From a virus, in IMG/VR virus record IMGVR_UViG_3300050016_000116, positions 1-64,000 of that record: a stretch of 64,000 nt of DNA. One strand, given 5' to 3'. Shown here in pieces: positions 47,998-56,964 of this stretch (position 1 is the first letter of the stretch; each line of letters begins with the position of its first letter). Below the pieces are notes generated by a model. That model worked only from the letters and a program-made list of their open reading frames with translations, was not told the origin of the DNA and did no database searches. The translations under genes were made by a program, and so were the position numbers.

Positions 47998-49164
47998 AAC
48001 ATCGCGCAGCTCCAGGCTCTCCGGTCGTTGGCTCTTCCCCTCACGGGCCGCCTGTGCGCTACGAGGCACTGATGGTTGCTCGAACATCGAAGGCGAGCCA
48101 CGGCGCGGCGGTGAAGTTGATCGTGGGCGACACGCGCGACGAGTTGCAGCGGCTCTCTGCCGGGATGTTCAACTGTTGCGTAACGAGCCCCCCGTACTGG
48201 GGACTCCGCGACTACGGGCACAAGACGCAGATCGGCGCAGAGGACACCGTGGACGCCTACATTGCTTCGCTCGTGCAAGTGTTCCGTGAGGTGCGGCGCA
48301 CGTTGCGTGACGACGGTACCCTCTGGCTCAACATCGGAGACAGCTACACGAGCGGCAACCGCACGTGGCGCGACCCGGACAAAAAGAACCCGGCGCGCGG
48401 GATGAGCTACCGTGCCCCAACCCCAAAGGGGTTGAAGCCGAAGGATCTGATCGGCGTGCCGTGGCGCCTGGCGTTCGCTCTCCAGGCGGACGGGTGGTTC
48501 TTGCGGTCGGACATCATCTGGTACAAGCCCAACTGCCAGCCCGAATCGGTGAAGGATCGTCCGACCCAGTCGCACGAGTACATCTTTCTGCTCTCCAAGT
48601 CGCAGGACTACTACTACGACACGGAGTCGGTCCGGCAGCCCACGAAGGACGGGCGCTCTACGCGCATGCGTCGCTCGGTGTGGGAGGTCAACACGGAGCC
48701 GTACGCAGGGGCGCATTTCGCCGTGTTCCCGCCGTCACTCGTCCGGCCATGCGTCCTCGCAGGCAGTCCGAAGAGCGGTCTTGTGCTGGACCCGTTCTTC
48801 GGCTCCGGCGCTCTCGGCGTCGCGTGCCTTGAGACGGATCGTTCCTGCATCGGTATCGAGGTAAAGGAGGAGTACGCGGAGCTGGCTAGGGAGCGGCTGC
48901 GAGGTCTCCAGCTTGGGCTACTAGGATGAGCGCGCGAATTGCCAGTCAGCGTGTACGACGCATGCGCTCTTTTGGAGGTGGCGAACCTGGAGCTTCCGCT
49001 CCGTCCCACCGTCGAAGTACAACTCGAACAGTGGCTTTCCGTCGTTCCCTAGGACTTCGCAGGTACCCGGTCGTGGCATCTGCCGGCTCTCGTCCATCAT
49101 CGTCAGCTCTACATCCACGGCCATGTACGTCGGGGTCGAAAGGGACGGCTATGTCCACTCGTGA
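47995..49164 (+). pseudogene. Small early gene apparently interrupted by the MTase cassette (5' MNIAQLQALRSL..., 3' MYVGVERDGYVHS*)
   Basis: 25-aa ORF 47995-48072 after a strong RBS; orphan tail 49123-49164. Confidence 0.45.
48072..48929 (+). CDS. DNA methyltransferase (N4-C/N6-A, beta class)
   Basis: VTSPPYWG, WYKPN, HFAVFP, LDPFFGSG. Confidence 0.92.
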   Translation: MVARTSKASHGAAVKLIVGDTRDELQRLSAGMFNCCVTSPPYWGLRDYGHKTQIGAEDTVDAYIASLVQVFREVRRTLRDDGTLWLNIGDSYTSGNRTWRDPDKKNPARGMSYRAPTPKGLKPKDLIGVPWRLAFALQADGWFLRSDIIWYKPNCQPESVKDRPTQSHEYIFLLSKSQDYYYDTESVRQPTKDGRSTRMRRSVWEVNTEPYAGAHFAVFPPSLVRPCVLAGSPKSGLVLDPFFGSGALGVACLETDRSCIGIEVKEEYAELARERLRGLQLGLLG

Positions 49165-49179
49165 AGCAGGGAGGGCGTC

Positions 49180-49560
49180 ATGACCAAGTGTCAGTGTGGG
49201 AAGGAGTACCGGAAGGGGACTCTTGCAGTCGTGGTTGGGGGTCCCAGCAAGAAGCTCGCGGGCAAGAGGGTTTGTCCGGAGTGCGCTGCGGGCGGGATCC
49301 TCCTCGTCGCATCGAAGCGTCCCGTTGTTCACTCCGACGATGGTTCGATTGCGAGGGAGGAGCGAACAATCCTCCGCTCAGCTCTGAAGCCCATCATCAA
49401 GAATCTGGATGCTCAGGTGAAGGCGTTGACCATGACAGAACGTCCTGCCGGCTCGCTCTCACCTGAGCAAGTAGAGGCAGTGCAGTTCGTCAAGGGCAAG
49501 ATCGAAGGCATGGAGAACATGCTGGCAGTCCTCAAGAACGCAGCGAAGGAGGCGTCATGA
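49180..49560 (+). CDS. Hypothetical protein with Zn ribbon
   Basis: CQC..CPEC; GGGAGG RBS. Confidence 0.65.
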   Translation: MTKCQCGKEYRKGTLAVVVGGPSKKLAGKRVCPECAAGGILLVASKRPVVHSDDGSIAREERTILRSALKPIIKNLDAQVKALTMTERPAGSLSPEQVEAVQFVKGKIEGMENMLAVLKNAAKEAS

Positions 49561-49772
49561 TCACCGAACTTCAGGCTGCTTCTCGCAATTACCAGCGAGC
49601 GCTGGAAGACCAAGAGATCATCCTTCACTTCGGGTACGAGGTACCCGTTTCGGTCTTGCTCCGGATCGTCGAGACCAGAACGGTTCTCACGAAGCTCATT
49701 CTGAGTGTCCTGAAGCCCTCTCCTGCGCCTTTCGACCCCTCTTCCAGCTCCGAGTCCATCCCCTTCCCTTGA
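49557..49772 (+). CDS. Hypothetical protein
   Basis: AAGGAGG RBS. Confidence 0.55.
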   Translation: MITELQAASRNYQRALEDQEIILHFGYEVPVSVLLRIVETRTVLTKLILSVLKPSPAPFDPSSSSESIPFP

Positions 49773-49979
49773 GTGCGTCCTAAGGCATCCTAGGCGCAGC
49801 AATCACGTACGGTCCCCTAAGCAATACCGCGCTGAGGTAACACGTCGCGACGTGTCCTCGGAAAGGCAACGGGACGGGCGGACAGCGAACGGTAACGTGC
49901 TGGTCCGCCACTATTCTTTCATCCCCCCTCACTCTGGGGTAGGCTTCTCCGGTAACTCAACCAACGGAGAAGCTACCCC

Positions 49980-51134
49980 ATGGCAGTCCTCGCGCTCCTT
50001 CCTGCGTACCTCATCAACCAAGTTGCAATCGGTGGTGGGGCGTCTGGTCCCCTGGTGCTTCGAGCTGGAGAGAAGATCTCCGACTCTGCAACCCTTGCAT
50101 TGGTGCTTGGTGCCGGTGGGCAGGTTGCATCGACGTCGGATCCCATCGTGTCCGCTGCGCAGTTGGTCGTCACCAAGTTGCGTGCGAACGGAGCAGATGA
50201 GCGGATCTGCAACGAGATGATGATCGCAGCACTGGCTGCATCGTTCGGTTCGGGCGAGGGCAACGCGGAGTTCGGCGATGGGTCGGATGGAGCCGTCGTG
50301 TTTGACGGTGTCGCAACCGTCCTCGGTCTCGTCCCTTCCACGAAGGCGTACACCCTCACGAAGGACATCTTTGTGAAGACTGCCGTAGTGGCAGCGGGTG
50401 CGATCATCATCGGCGCGGGCTTCCGGATCTTCGCCTCGGTGTCTCTCACGAACAACGGGACCATCCACAACGGCGGCAACCCGGGACTCATCGGTTCCGC
50501 GGGAGCGGGCGGCGCAGCGGGTGGCGCAGTCGCAGCCGGTTCTCTCGGTGGAGGTAGCGCCGGAGGAGCGGGTGGGTCTGCGGGTGTCGGAGCGGCTGGC
50601 GCGGCTCAGACGGCCAACACGGGCTTCCCGGGTGGCACTGGCATCGGCGGTGTCGGTGGAGGGGACGGCACGCACCTCGGTGGTGCAGCCGGCACGTGGA
50701 GCGCGATGGCAGCCGCGGACGGTAACTTCCGCACCCTCTCTGCGGCGGTCAACGGCTGGGTCATCAGCGGTGCCGGCACCACCTTCACGCTCAAGGGTGG
50801 GTCGGGCGGTGGCGGTGGCGCTTCCGACAACGCAGACGGTGGCGGCGGTGGCGGTGGGTCGGGCGCAGGCGTGATGGTCATCGCGGCCTACTTGCTCATC
50901 AACAACGGCGTCATCCACTGCAACGGGGGACTCGGCGGAGCTGGCTTCTCGCCCGGCAACAACGCGGGTGGGGGTGCTGGCGGCGGCGCAGGCGACCTCA
51001 TCACGGTGGCGCGCACCTACTTGGGCACGGGCACCTACTCGGTCGCAGGGGGTGTCGGTGGCGCCAAGGTCGGAGCTGCGGGAGTCGCGGGGCTCCCCGG
51101 AGCGGTCGGAACGTTCCTCCAGCTCGCGGCCTGA
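49980..51134 (+). CDS. Glycine-rich protein (virion/fiber-like)
   Basis: FGDGSDG followed by extensive GGxGG repeats. Confidence 0.75.
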   Translation: MAVLALLPAYLINQVAIGGGASGPLVLRAGEKISDSATLALVLGAGGQVASTSDPIVSAAQLVVTKLRANGADERICNEMMIAALAASFGSGEGNAEFGDGSDGAVVFDGVATVLGLVPSTKAYTLTKDIFVKTAVVAAGAIIIGAGFRIFASVSLTNNGTIHNGGNPGLIGSAGAGGAAGGAVAAGSLGGGSAGGAGGSAGVGAAGAAQTANTGFPGGTGIGGVGGGDGTHLGGAAGTWSAMAAADGNFRTLSAAVNGWVISGAGTTFTLKGGSGGGGGASDNADGGGGGGGSGAGVMVIAAYLLINNGVIHCNGGLGGAGFSPGNNAGGGAGGGAGDLITVARTYLGTGTYSVAGGVGGAKVGAAGVAGLPGAVGTFLQLAA

Positions 51135-51188
51135 TTCGAAAAGCGCTTTTCGAAAGGACGGCACTCGGGTGGGTAGGAGGATTCCCTC

Positions 51189-51635
51189 ATGCCCACTCAA
51201 GTGTCGGATCAGTTTCGCGAGCAGCTTCTCATCTCGGTAGTCACTGCTCTCGTTCGGGAGCACGCGAACACGCAGGATCAGCCTTCGTGGATCGATGTAG
51301 CCGGTGAAGCAGAGATTCTTGTGGAAGCGGTCATCGCTCGGGAGGAGCGACGGCTGACCAAGGACTCCCTTGCGTTCGTCGACCAAGCGCTCAGCGCGTT
51401 CAACGACCTCACCGAGAAGAAGGAGTGGCGCAAAGCAGGCGTCCTCTTGGCGCTCTTCAAGCAAGGGCTCAGTGCCACATGCTCTGCCCCTCTCCAGGTC
51501 GTCAACGCGGCGCTCCTCGGTCTGATGCAGGGGAAGTCCCCGGGGAGCATCGGATCCGAGGAGGTGGCGACGGTGTTGGAGATGTTCACCAACGCCAAGC
51601 GACAGCTCGAAGCTGACTTGGGTATCCCGCAGTGA
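51189..51635 (+). CDS. Hypothetical protein
   Basis: TAGGAGG RBS after palindrome and ACGGCACTC. Confidence 0.65.
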   Translation: MPTQVSDQFREQLLISVVTALVREHANTQDQPSWIDVAGEAEILVEAVIAREERRLTKDSLAFVDQALSAFNDLTEKKEWRKAGVLLALFKQGLSATCSAPLQVVNAALLGLMQGKSPGSIGSEEVATVLEMFTNAKRQLEADLGIPQ

Positions 51636-52018
51636 ACGACAGAACCGAGGTCAAGTTTGGTGCAGCAACGATCCTAGTCAGGGAGGAGACGTTCTGGAAC
51701 GTGGAGCTGAGCTTCCCCAACGGACCTCGGTTCAGCCTTCACAACTTCCCCGTGCATGTCGAGTTGGTGTCGCTCTACGACTCCTTTCAGCAGCATTACA
51801 AGTGGGAAGTGGTCCTCCACGTCTGCGATCGGGTCACGAAGAGACCGACCACGATTCGCCGCATCTTCCTGGTGGACAGGTACGTGGCTGACCGCGAACC
51901 CACTTACTTTAGCTACGCGGTTCATTGTTCGATTCTCGAAGTGCTCCGGCACGAGCTGGACGAAGCTTTCCACTTCCAAGGGGAGCGCATCTACGACCCG
52001 CACAAGGATGAACCGTGA
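51632..52018 (+). CDS. Hypothetical protein
   Basis: LRHELDEAFHFQGERIYDPH. Confidence 0.65.
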   Translation: MNDRTEVKFGAATILVREETFWNVELSFPNGPRFSLHNFPVHVELVSLYDSFQQHYKWEVVLHVCDRVTKRPTTIRRIFLVDRYVADREPTYFSYAVHCSILEVLRHELDEAFHFQGERIYDPHKDEP

Positions 52019-52314
52019 TGAGGAAGCGATCCGAGGTCACCGCTACCCCCCTGCACAAACCACCCCCGACCCAGAAGGACCGGACGAAGCAGGAGGTGAG
52101 GAAGCTCCTGGCCCAATACGACCTCCTCCGCGCCTCCCAGACAGCCCTAGGACGCGTTTTCAGGGAGCCGGATGACTCTTCCCTCACCTTCACCGAGCGG
52201 GGCCATTACAACGTCACCCAGGACCTTCTTTCGGAGCTGCTGACCCGGCTCTTCATGGAGGTACAGAAGCTCCAGTGCTCGAAGTGCGCGGACACTTGGG
52301 AAGAAGCCACATGA
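52015..52314 (+). CDS. Hypothetical protein with MRKRSEV N-terminus
   Basis: Coupled ORF. Confidence 0.6.
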   Translation: MMRKRSEVTATPLHKPPPTQKDRTKQEVRKLLAQYDLLRASQTALGRVFREPDDSSLTFTERGHYNVTQDLLSELLTRLFMEVQKLQCSKCADTWEEAT

Positions 52315-52699
52315 CCCGGGAGCTTCTCTTCTGCACCAAGATGGTTGTCCTAGCTGTCTTCCTCTTGCTTCAGATCTACGGGTATCTCAAGTTTCATCGA
52401 TGAATGCCCCCATCGACATCGCGTTGTGCATCCACTGCGACTCCCTCACGCTCAACGCGGTCTCCGACAAGTGCAACTGCGGCGGCGAACTCTACCCCAG
52501 CACGAAGCGAGTTCCCCCTGGCACCCGAATCCGGCAGATGCGTCCCTGCTCAACGAATCGCGGATCGTCTTCTCAAGGAAGAGGGGGACGACCTCTCGAC
52601 GCTCGTGCGAAAGATACAGCAGGGATGGGGAACGAAGTAACCTGCACTCTGCACGTGTAATTACCTTCTCTGAAGGTTCTGAGTTAGAATTGGAAAACC

Positions 52700-53278
52700 A
52701 TGGGTAAGAGAGCAGACACCATCGAGAAGCCTTACATCACGCATCCCAACGGAAAGCAGATCATCCGATGGGCAAAGCGGGAGGTCTTCAAGCACGAGGT
52801 CTTCATCGAGAAGCTGATGCTCTCTGCTTGTTCCGAGAGGCAGATCGAATCCCTCTGTGCGCAGGAGCTAGGACTCAAGACACTGCGCACCCGCATCCTC
52901 CGTCACCGCATCCTCGAACGGTGGAAGCTCGCGGGTGCAGCGGAGTCGGAGACGAACCGCATCCAGGCTCAGAGGCGCATCCAGAGGAACATCACCGACG
53001 TTCACTCCGAGTTCGCAGCGGACATCCCGAAGATGAGCGCGGCTGCGAAGCACTCTGCCCTCGCGCGCTACGAGTCGATCCTCATCCAGCTCCAGGGCAC
53101 TTCTGCCCCCATCCAGATCAACATGGACGTCACGGTGTCGGCGAACCTCCAGGGTGTCATCGCCAACCTCACCCCCGAGCAGACGCAGAAGTACATCACC
53201 CGGGCGAAGGAGCGGGCTCTCAAAGCCGCGGAGTACGACAGGCTTCACGGCAACGATGTTCCTGACGCAGCGGAGTGA
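52700..53278 (+). CDS. Possible terminase small subunit
   Basis: 192 aa helical protein directly upstream of terL; LQGTSAPIQINMDV. Confidence 0.5.
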   Translation: MGKRADTIEKPYITHPNGKQIIRWAKREVFKHEVFIEKLMLSACSERQIESLCAQELGLKTLRTRILRHRILERWKLAGAAESETNRIQAQRRIQRNITDVHSEFAADIPKMSAAAKHSALARYESILIQLQGTSAPIQINMDVTVSANLQGVIANLTPEQTQKYITRAKERALKAAEYDRLHGNDVPDAAE

Positions 53279-53413
53279 ATCGCAAAGCGCTTTGCCAAAC
53301 GGCACTCTCTCCTCGGAGGTAGCGAAGGTCCAACCCAGCGGCCCCCTCTTCGCCGTGACGTCTCGCTGAGACCATCCTAGAGGCGCCTAGGAGCCGCGTG
53401 CTAGCTTCTCGGG

Positions 53414-55168
53414 ATGAAGTCAGCACGCAGGCGCGCGCCCGAACCCTCTCCCCCCAAGCCTGATTCGAAAAGCGCTTTTCGAAACTCCTCAACTTCTGGA
53501 GCCCAAGTGCTCGAAGCGGGGGATGTAGCGCTCGCTTCCATCCTTCGGGATGAAGTCTTCGCAGACGCGATGAAGGCAAGGGAGGACATCTTCACGTTCT
53601 TCGAGTTCGTGATGCGTCGCTTCGACAAGCGTGAGCCCATCCAGCTTGCAGCGCATCAACGTGTGCTCCTGGAGTTCTTCATGGCGCACGATCGTTCTGT
53701 CGCAATGTGTCCGGTCGGTTCCTCGAAGACGTGGATCGCGGTTGGGCTTGCGCTCTTCTTCCTTGGTCAGAACCCCGAGTCACGAGGGGCAGTTGTCTCT
53801 GCGACCGAGGGGCAGGCGAAGAAGTTCGTGCAGCTTGTTCGCGGGTACATCACTGAGTCCCCCGAGCTGAGGATGGTCTTCCCTCACCTCATCCCTTCGC
53901 AGAGGGACGGAGAGCAGTGGACGCAGACAAGCATCACCGTGCAGAGGTCAGTCGGCATCAAGGATGCGTCTCTCACCGCGTACGGGATTGACAGCCCTTC
54001 GATCGTCGGTTCTCGTCTCGCCTGGGTCATTGTCGACGACATCCTCAGTGACGAGAACACGTACACCCCCGAGTCACGTGACCACGTCCTTCGGCTCTTG
54101 AACGGGCAGGTTCTCTCCCGTCTCGATCCCATCGGCTCCAAGGTCATCATGATCAACACCCCCTGGCATCCTGACGACGTGGTTCATCACGCCAGGGACA
54201 AGCGCGGGTGGGCGACAATCCGCATGGACATCTACGGTGACATCGAGGTCTGGGACGACGCCTCCACGGAGATCGAGACCCATCCGCACTACGGGAAGTA
54301 TTGGGACAGCGACATGCTCCGTCCCGCAGAGCCGGCGAACACGAACAACCGCTGCTGCCGACTCGTCGCGCACGAACCCGACCCTGACAACTCGGTTCCC
54401 CTTTGGCCGGAGGAGCGCCCGATCGAGTGGATTGAGAACACGAAGCGGGAGCTGAACTTCAACACCCTTGTCTTCAATCGCAACTACCGCTGCCTAGTGC
54501 GCGATGACGAGAGCAGCATGTGCAAGCAAGTTTTCGTGGACCGCTGCTTGAAGATGGCGCGTGACCTCGGCATCTACGGTCTCGTCTCGGTCTACAAGGG
54601 CCCTTACCTCACGTTTACCGGGGTGGACCTCGCGTTTGCAGAGCACGACAAGGCGGATGAGACCGCGTTCTTCACCTTTGAGGCGAGACCGGGCGGCATC
54701 AACGTCATCTTGGACATCGAGATCGGACGTTGGGACAGTCCGACCGTCATCCAAAAGATCATCGACAAGCAGAAGGCATTCAACAGCACGGTCAGGGTCG
54801 AGAGCAACGCTGCGCAGATTGCGATCAAGCAGTTCGCGCTCCAGAGGGACAAGAGCTTGCCTATCAAGGCGCACATGACGGGAAGGGCGAAAGCTCACCC
54901 CGAGTACGGCGTGCCGGGGCTCTTCTCGGAGATGGAGAATGCGGCGTGGGTTCTCCCGAACTCCCCCCGTGGTCAGCAGAGCCCGCAGATCGAGCGCTTC
55001 ATCCGGGACTGCCTTCACTACGTCCCGAGCAAGCACACCGCGGACATCCTCATGGCCGCGTACTTCGCCCGGGAACAGAAGCGCGAGTGGATGGGGCTCT
55101 CGGGGAAGGGCAACCAGGCAGGTACCCCGGGGCAACCGTCTGCTATCGCGGGGGTCATGTCTCGGTAG
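53414..55168 (+). CDS. terL: Terminase large subunit
   Basis: AAHQ, PVGSSKT, GSR..VIVDDI, NTPWHPDD, TGVDLA..DETA, VESNAAQ, HTADILMA. Confidence 0.88.
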   Translation: MKSARRRAPEPSPPKPDSKSAFRNSSTSGAQVLEAGDVALASILRDEVFADAMKAREDIFTFFEFVMRRFDKREPIQLAAHQRVLLEFFMAHDRSVAMCPVGSSKTWIAVGLALFFLGQNPESRGAVVSATEGQAKKFVQLVRGYITESPELRMVFPHLIPSQRDGEQWTQTSITVQRSVGIKDASLTAYGIDSPSIVGSRLAWVIVDDILSDENTYTPESRDHVLRLLNGQVLSRLDPIGSKVIMINTPWHPDDVVHHARDKRGWATIRMDIYGDIEVWDDASTEIETHPHYGKYWDSDMLRPAEPANTNNRCCRLVAHEPDPDNSVPLWPEERPIEWIENTKRELNFNTLVFNRNYRCLVRDDESSMCKQVFVDRCLKMARDLGIYGLVSVYKGPYLTFTGVDLAFAEHDKADETAFFTFEARPGGINVILDIEIGRWDSPTVIQKIIDKQKAFNSTVRVESNAAQIAIKQFALQRDKSLPIKAHMTGRAKAHPEYGVPGLFSEMENAAWVLPNSPRGQQSPQIERFIRDCLHYVPSKHTADILMAAYFAREQKREWMGLSGKGNQAGTPGQPSAIAGVMSR

Positions 55169-55184
55169 CGGCATTCCTTTGGGT

Positions 55185-55469
55185 ATGAACTACCTTGTCA
55201 CTGCCCCAAGTCCCACACGGCTCTCCTACCTCTTCGTCCGCCCCAACGGGAAGGGAGCGCAAGCGCGCTGGCTGAACTTCACTGGGCTCGTCCTCCGGTA
55301 CTTGAGCCGGTATGACATCACGATCGCGCATCATCCCTCTGACCTAGATCCACCGGTCTGGACGGGACGTAGGTGGGAGCCGTACAAGCCGCACTTCTTC
55401 GCCGGCAACCTCCTCGTGGACCTCGCGGATGCGAAGCCGGTCATCATCAGCGAGGCTTGGGACCGATGA
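55185..55469 (+). CDS. Hypothetical protein
   Basis: ATG after a GCGGCATTC motif variant. Confidence 0.55.
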   Translation: MNYLVTAPSPTRLSYLFVRPNGKGAQARWLNFTGLVLRYLSRYDITIAHHPSDLDPPVWTGRRWEPYKPHFFAGNLLVDLADAKPVIISEAWDR

Positions 55470-55548
55470 AGCGATTCAAGCGCTCCAACTTCCCTGAGTC
55501 GGTCCAACTCCCTCACGGTTCAATCCGAGACCAGGGAGCAACCAGCGC

Positions 55549-55731
55549 TTCAGTCGGGTTCACTTCTTCAATGGCGGAGATCTCACGTCGGTTCTCAGTG
55601 CAGTGCATTCCCTCTCCGGGGACCATCTACGCAGCGGCACGGGCTATCGAACGTGAGTGCGATGGGCGCACGGTGGAGTTCCGTGGGATTCAGTCGGGTT
55701 CACTTCTTCAATGGCGGAGATCTCACGTCGG
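55549..55731. repeat. 43-bp perfect direct repeat, 140-bp period
   Basis: TTCAGTCGGGTTCACTTCTTCAATGGCGGAGATCTCACGTCGG at 55549-55591 and 55689-55731. Confidence 0.95.
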
Positions 55732-55946
55732 ACGGGCGATTCGCGTGAGGCAGCGCTACCTTCGTCTACTTGCAGCGGAGATGTGGAGGACATCGTCATC
55801 CGTTTCGACGGAGGAGATGCAGGAGTTGGTTCGCAAAGCGCTTTGCCAATCCCTTCCTCCCCTCACTGACCAAGGGTGCGAACCAACCCCCTGGCGCTTG
55901 CGGAGAGCAGACGGCACTCTTTGGCCATGTGCGTATTCTTACTCAC

Positions 55947-56141
55947 ATGGCGACGATCACCGTGAAGAAAGCCGGGTACCGATGCGAACGATGCGAGCAC
56001 GAGTGGTCCCCACGAGGGCCACGAGCGGAGAACCTGCCTCGGGGCGTGGCTGCCGAGGACGTGAAGCCGCGCATCTGCCCCAAGTGCAAGTCGGCGTACT
56101 GGGAGACCGCAAAGCGGACGACCACGAAGGACGGAAAGTGA
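55947..56141 (+). CDS. Small Zn-ribbon protein
   Basis: YRCERCEHEWSPR..PRICPKCKSAYW. Confidence 0.7.
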   Translation: MATITVKKAGYRCERCEHEWSPRGPRAENLPRGVAAEDVKPRICPKCKSAYWETAKRTTTKDGK

Positions 56142-56196
56142 TGGCCCCGGCGCTTTCACTCTTGTGCGCGGGCGGCGAGAGGGTGACGTGGCGATC

Positions 56197-56964
56197 ATGA
56201 CCGAGCGTCGAGGAGCCACCGCCCTAAAGCTTGTCGCCGAGCCACCGCCGCCTGTTCGGCTTGTGCGGCGGAAGGGAAAGAAGCCCAGGAAAGCCCCGGT
56301 TGGCGTCGCTACAAACGACCTCATCTTCAGCGCGCACGTAGGGTCTAACGCCGCCGTCTTCCCGATGGTCCTCGCCCTCTACGTGCCTGAGAAGAGCGTC
56401 GTAGCGGACGTCACGCATGGCAAAGGGGCGTTCTGGCGCGGCATCCCCAAGGCGCAGTACGACGTTCGGGCCACCGATCTCAAGTCAGGGACGGATTGTC
56501 GCAAGCTCCCCTACAAGGACGCGGTGATCGATTGCGTCGTCCTCGACCCGCCGTACATGCACACGCCTGGCGGCACGGCCCATGATGGGCACCAGAACTT
56601 CGAGGGGTACTACCAGAACAACGCAGCGGCCTCGAACCTCAAGTACCACGAAGCGGTGCTCGACCTTTACTACGGCGCCGGCCGCGAGGCGCTTCGAGTG
56701 CTCCGGGATGACGGCATCTTCATCGTCAAGTGCCAGGACGAGGTTTGCGCGAACAAGCAACGGCTAACCCACGTGGAGCTGGTCGTCGAGTACGCAAGGT
56801 ACGGGTTCGTGGTTGAGGACTGCTTCGTGCTAGTTCGGACCAATCGGCCCGGCGTAAGCCGGATGCTGAAGCAGCGCCACGCACGGAAGAACCACTCCTA
56901 TTTCATGGTGTTCCGAAAGCGACGACAGCCTCGTCAGAGTGTGTCGGCTTCGAGGAAGAAGTGA
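56197..56964 (+). CDS. DNA methyltransferase-like protein
   Basis: ADVTHGKGAFW, VLDPPY, EALRVLRDDGIFIVKCQD, HARKNHSY. Confidence 0.8.
   Translation: MTERRGATALKLVAEPPPPVRLVRRKGKKPRKAPVGVATNDLIFSAHVGSNAAVFPMVLALYVPEKSVVADVTHGKGAFWRGIPKAQYDVRATDLKSGTDCRKLPYKDAVIDCVVLDPPYMHTPGGTAHDGHQNFEGYYQNNAAASNLKYHEAVLDLYYGAGREALRVLRDDGIFIVKCQDEVCANKQRLTHVELVVEYARYGFVVEDCFVLVRTNRPGVSRMLKQRHARKNHSYFMVFRKRRQPRQSVSASRKK

Noticed and set aside
49800-49900. Twister ribozyme or group I/II intron
   Set aside because: Only short resemblances (CGGTCCC..AAGC; GCAATACCGCGCTGAG); the remaining conserved elements were not found
49980-51134. PE-PGRS or collagen annotation
   Set aside because: No PE domain and no strict G-X-Y periodicity; it is a generic glycine-rich phage protein
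7154-51464. Long minus-strand ORFs (e.g. 7154-8365, 27376-28854, 49929-51464)
   Set aside because: Antisense shadows of GC-rich plus-strand genes with no motifs or RBS, unlike the 1758-2489 ORF
55549-55731. DGR template/variable repeat pair
   Set aside because: Copies are identical with no adenine-specific mismatches, and there is no reverse transcriptase in the window
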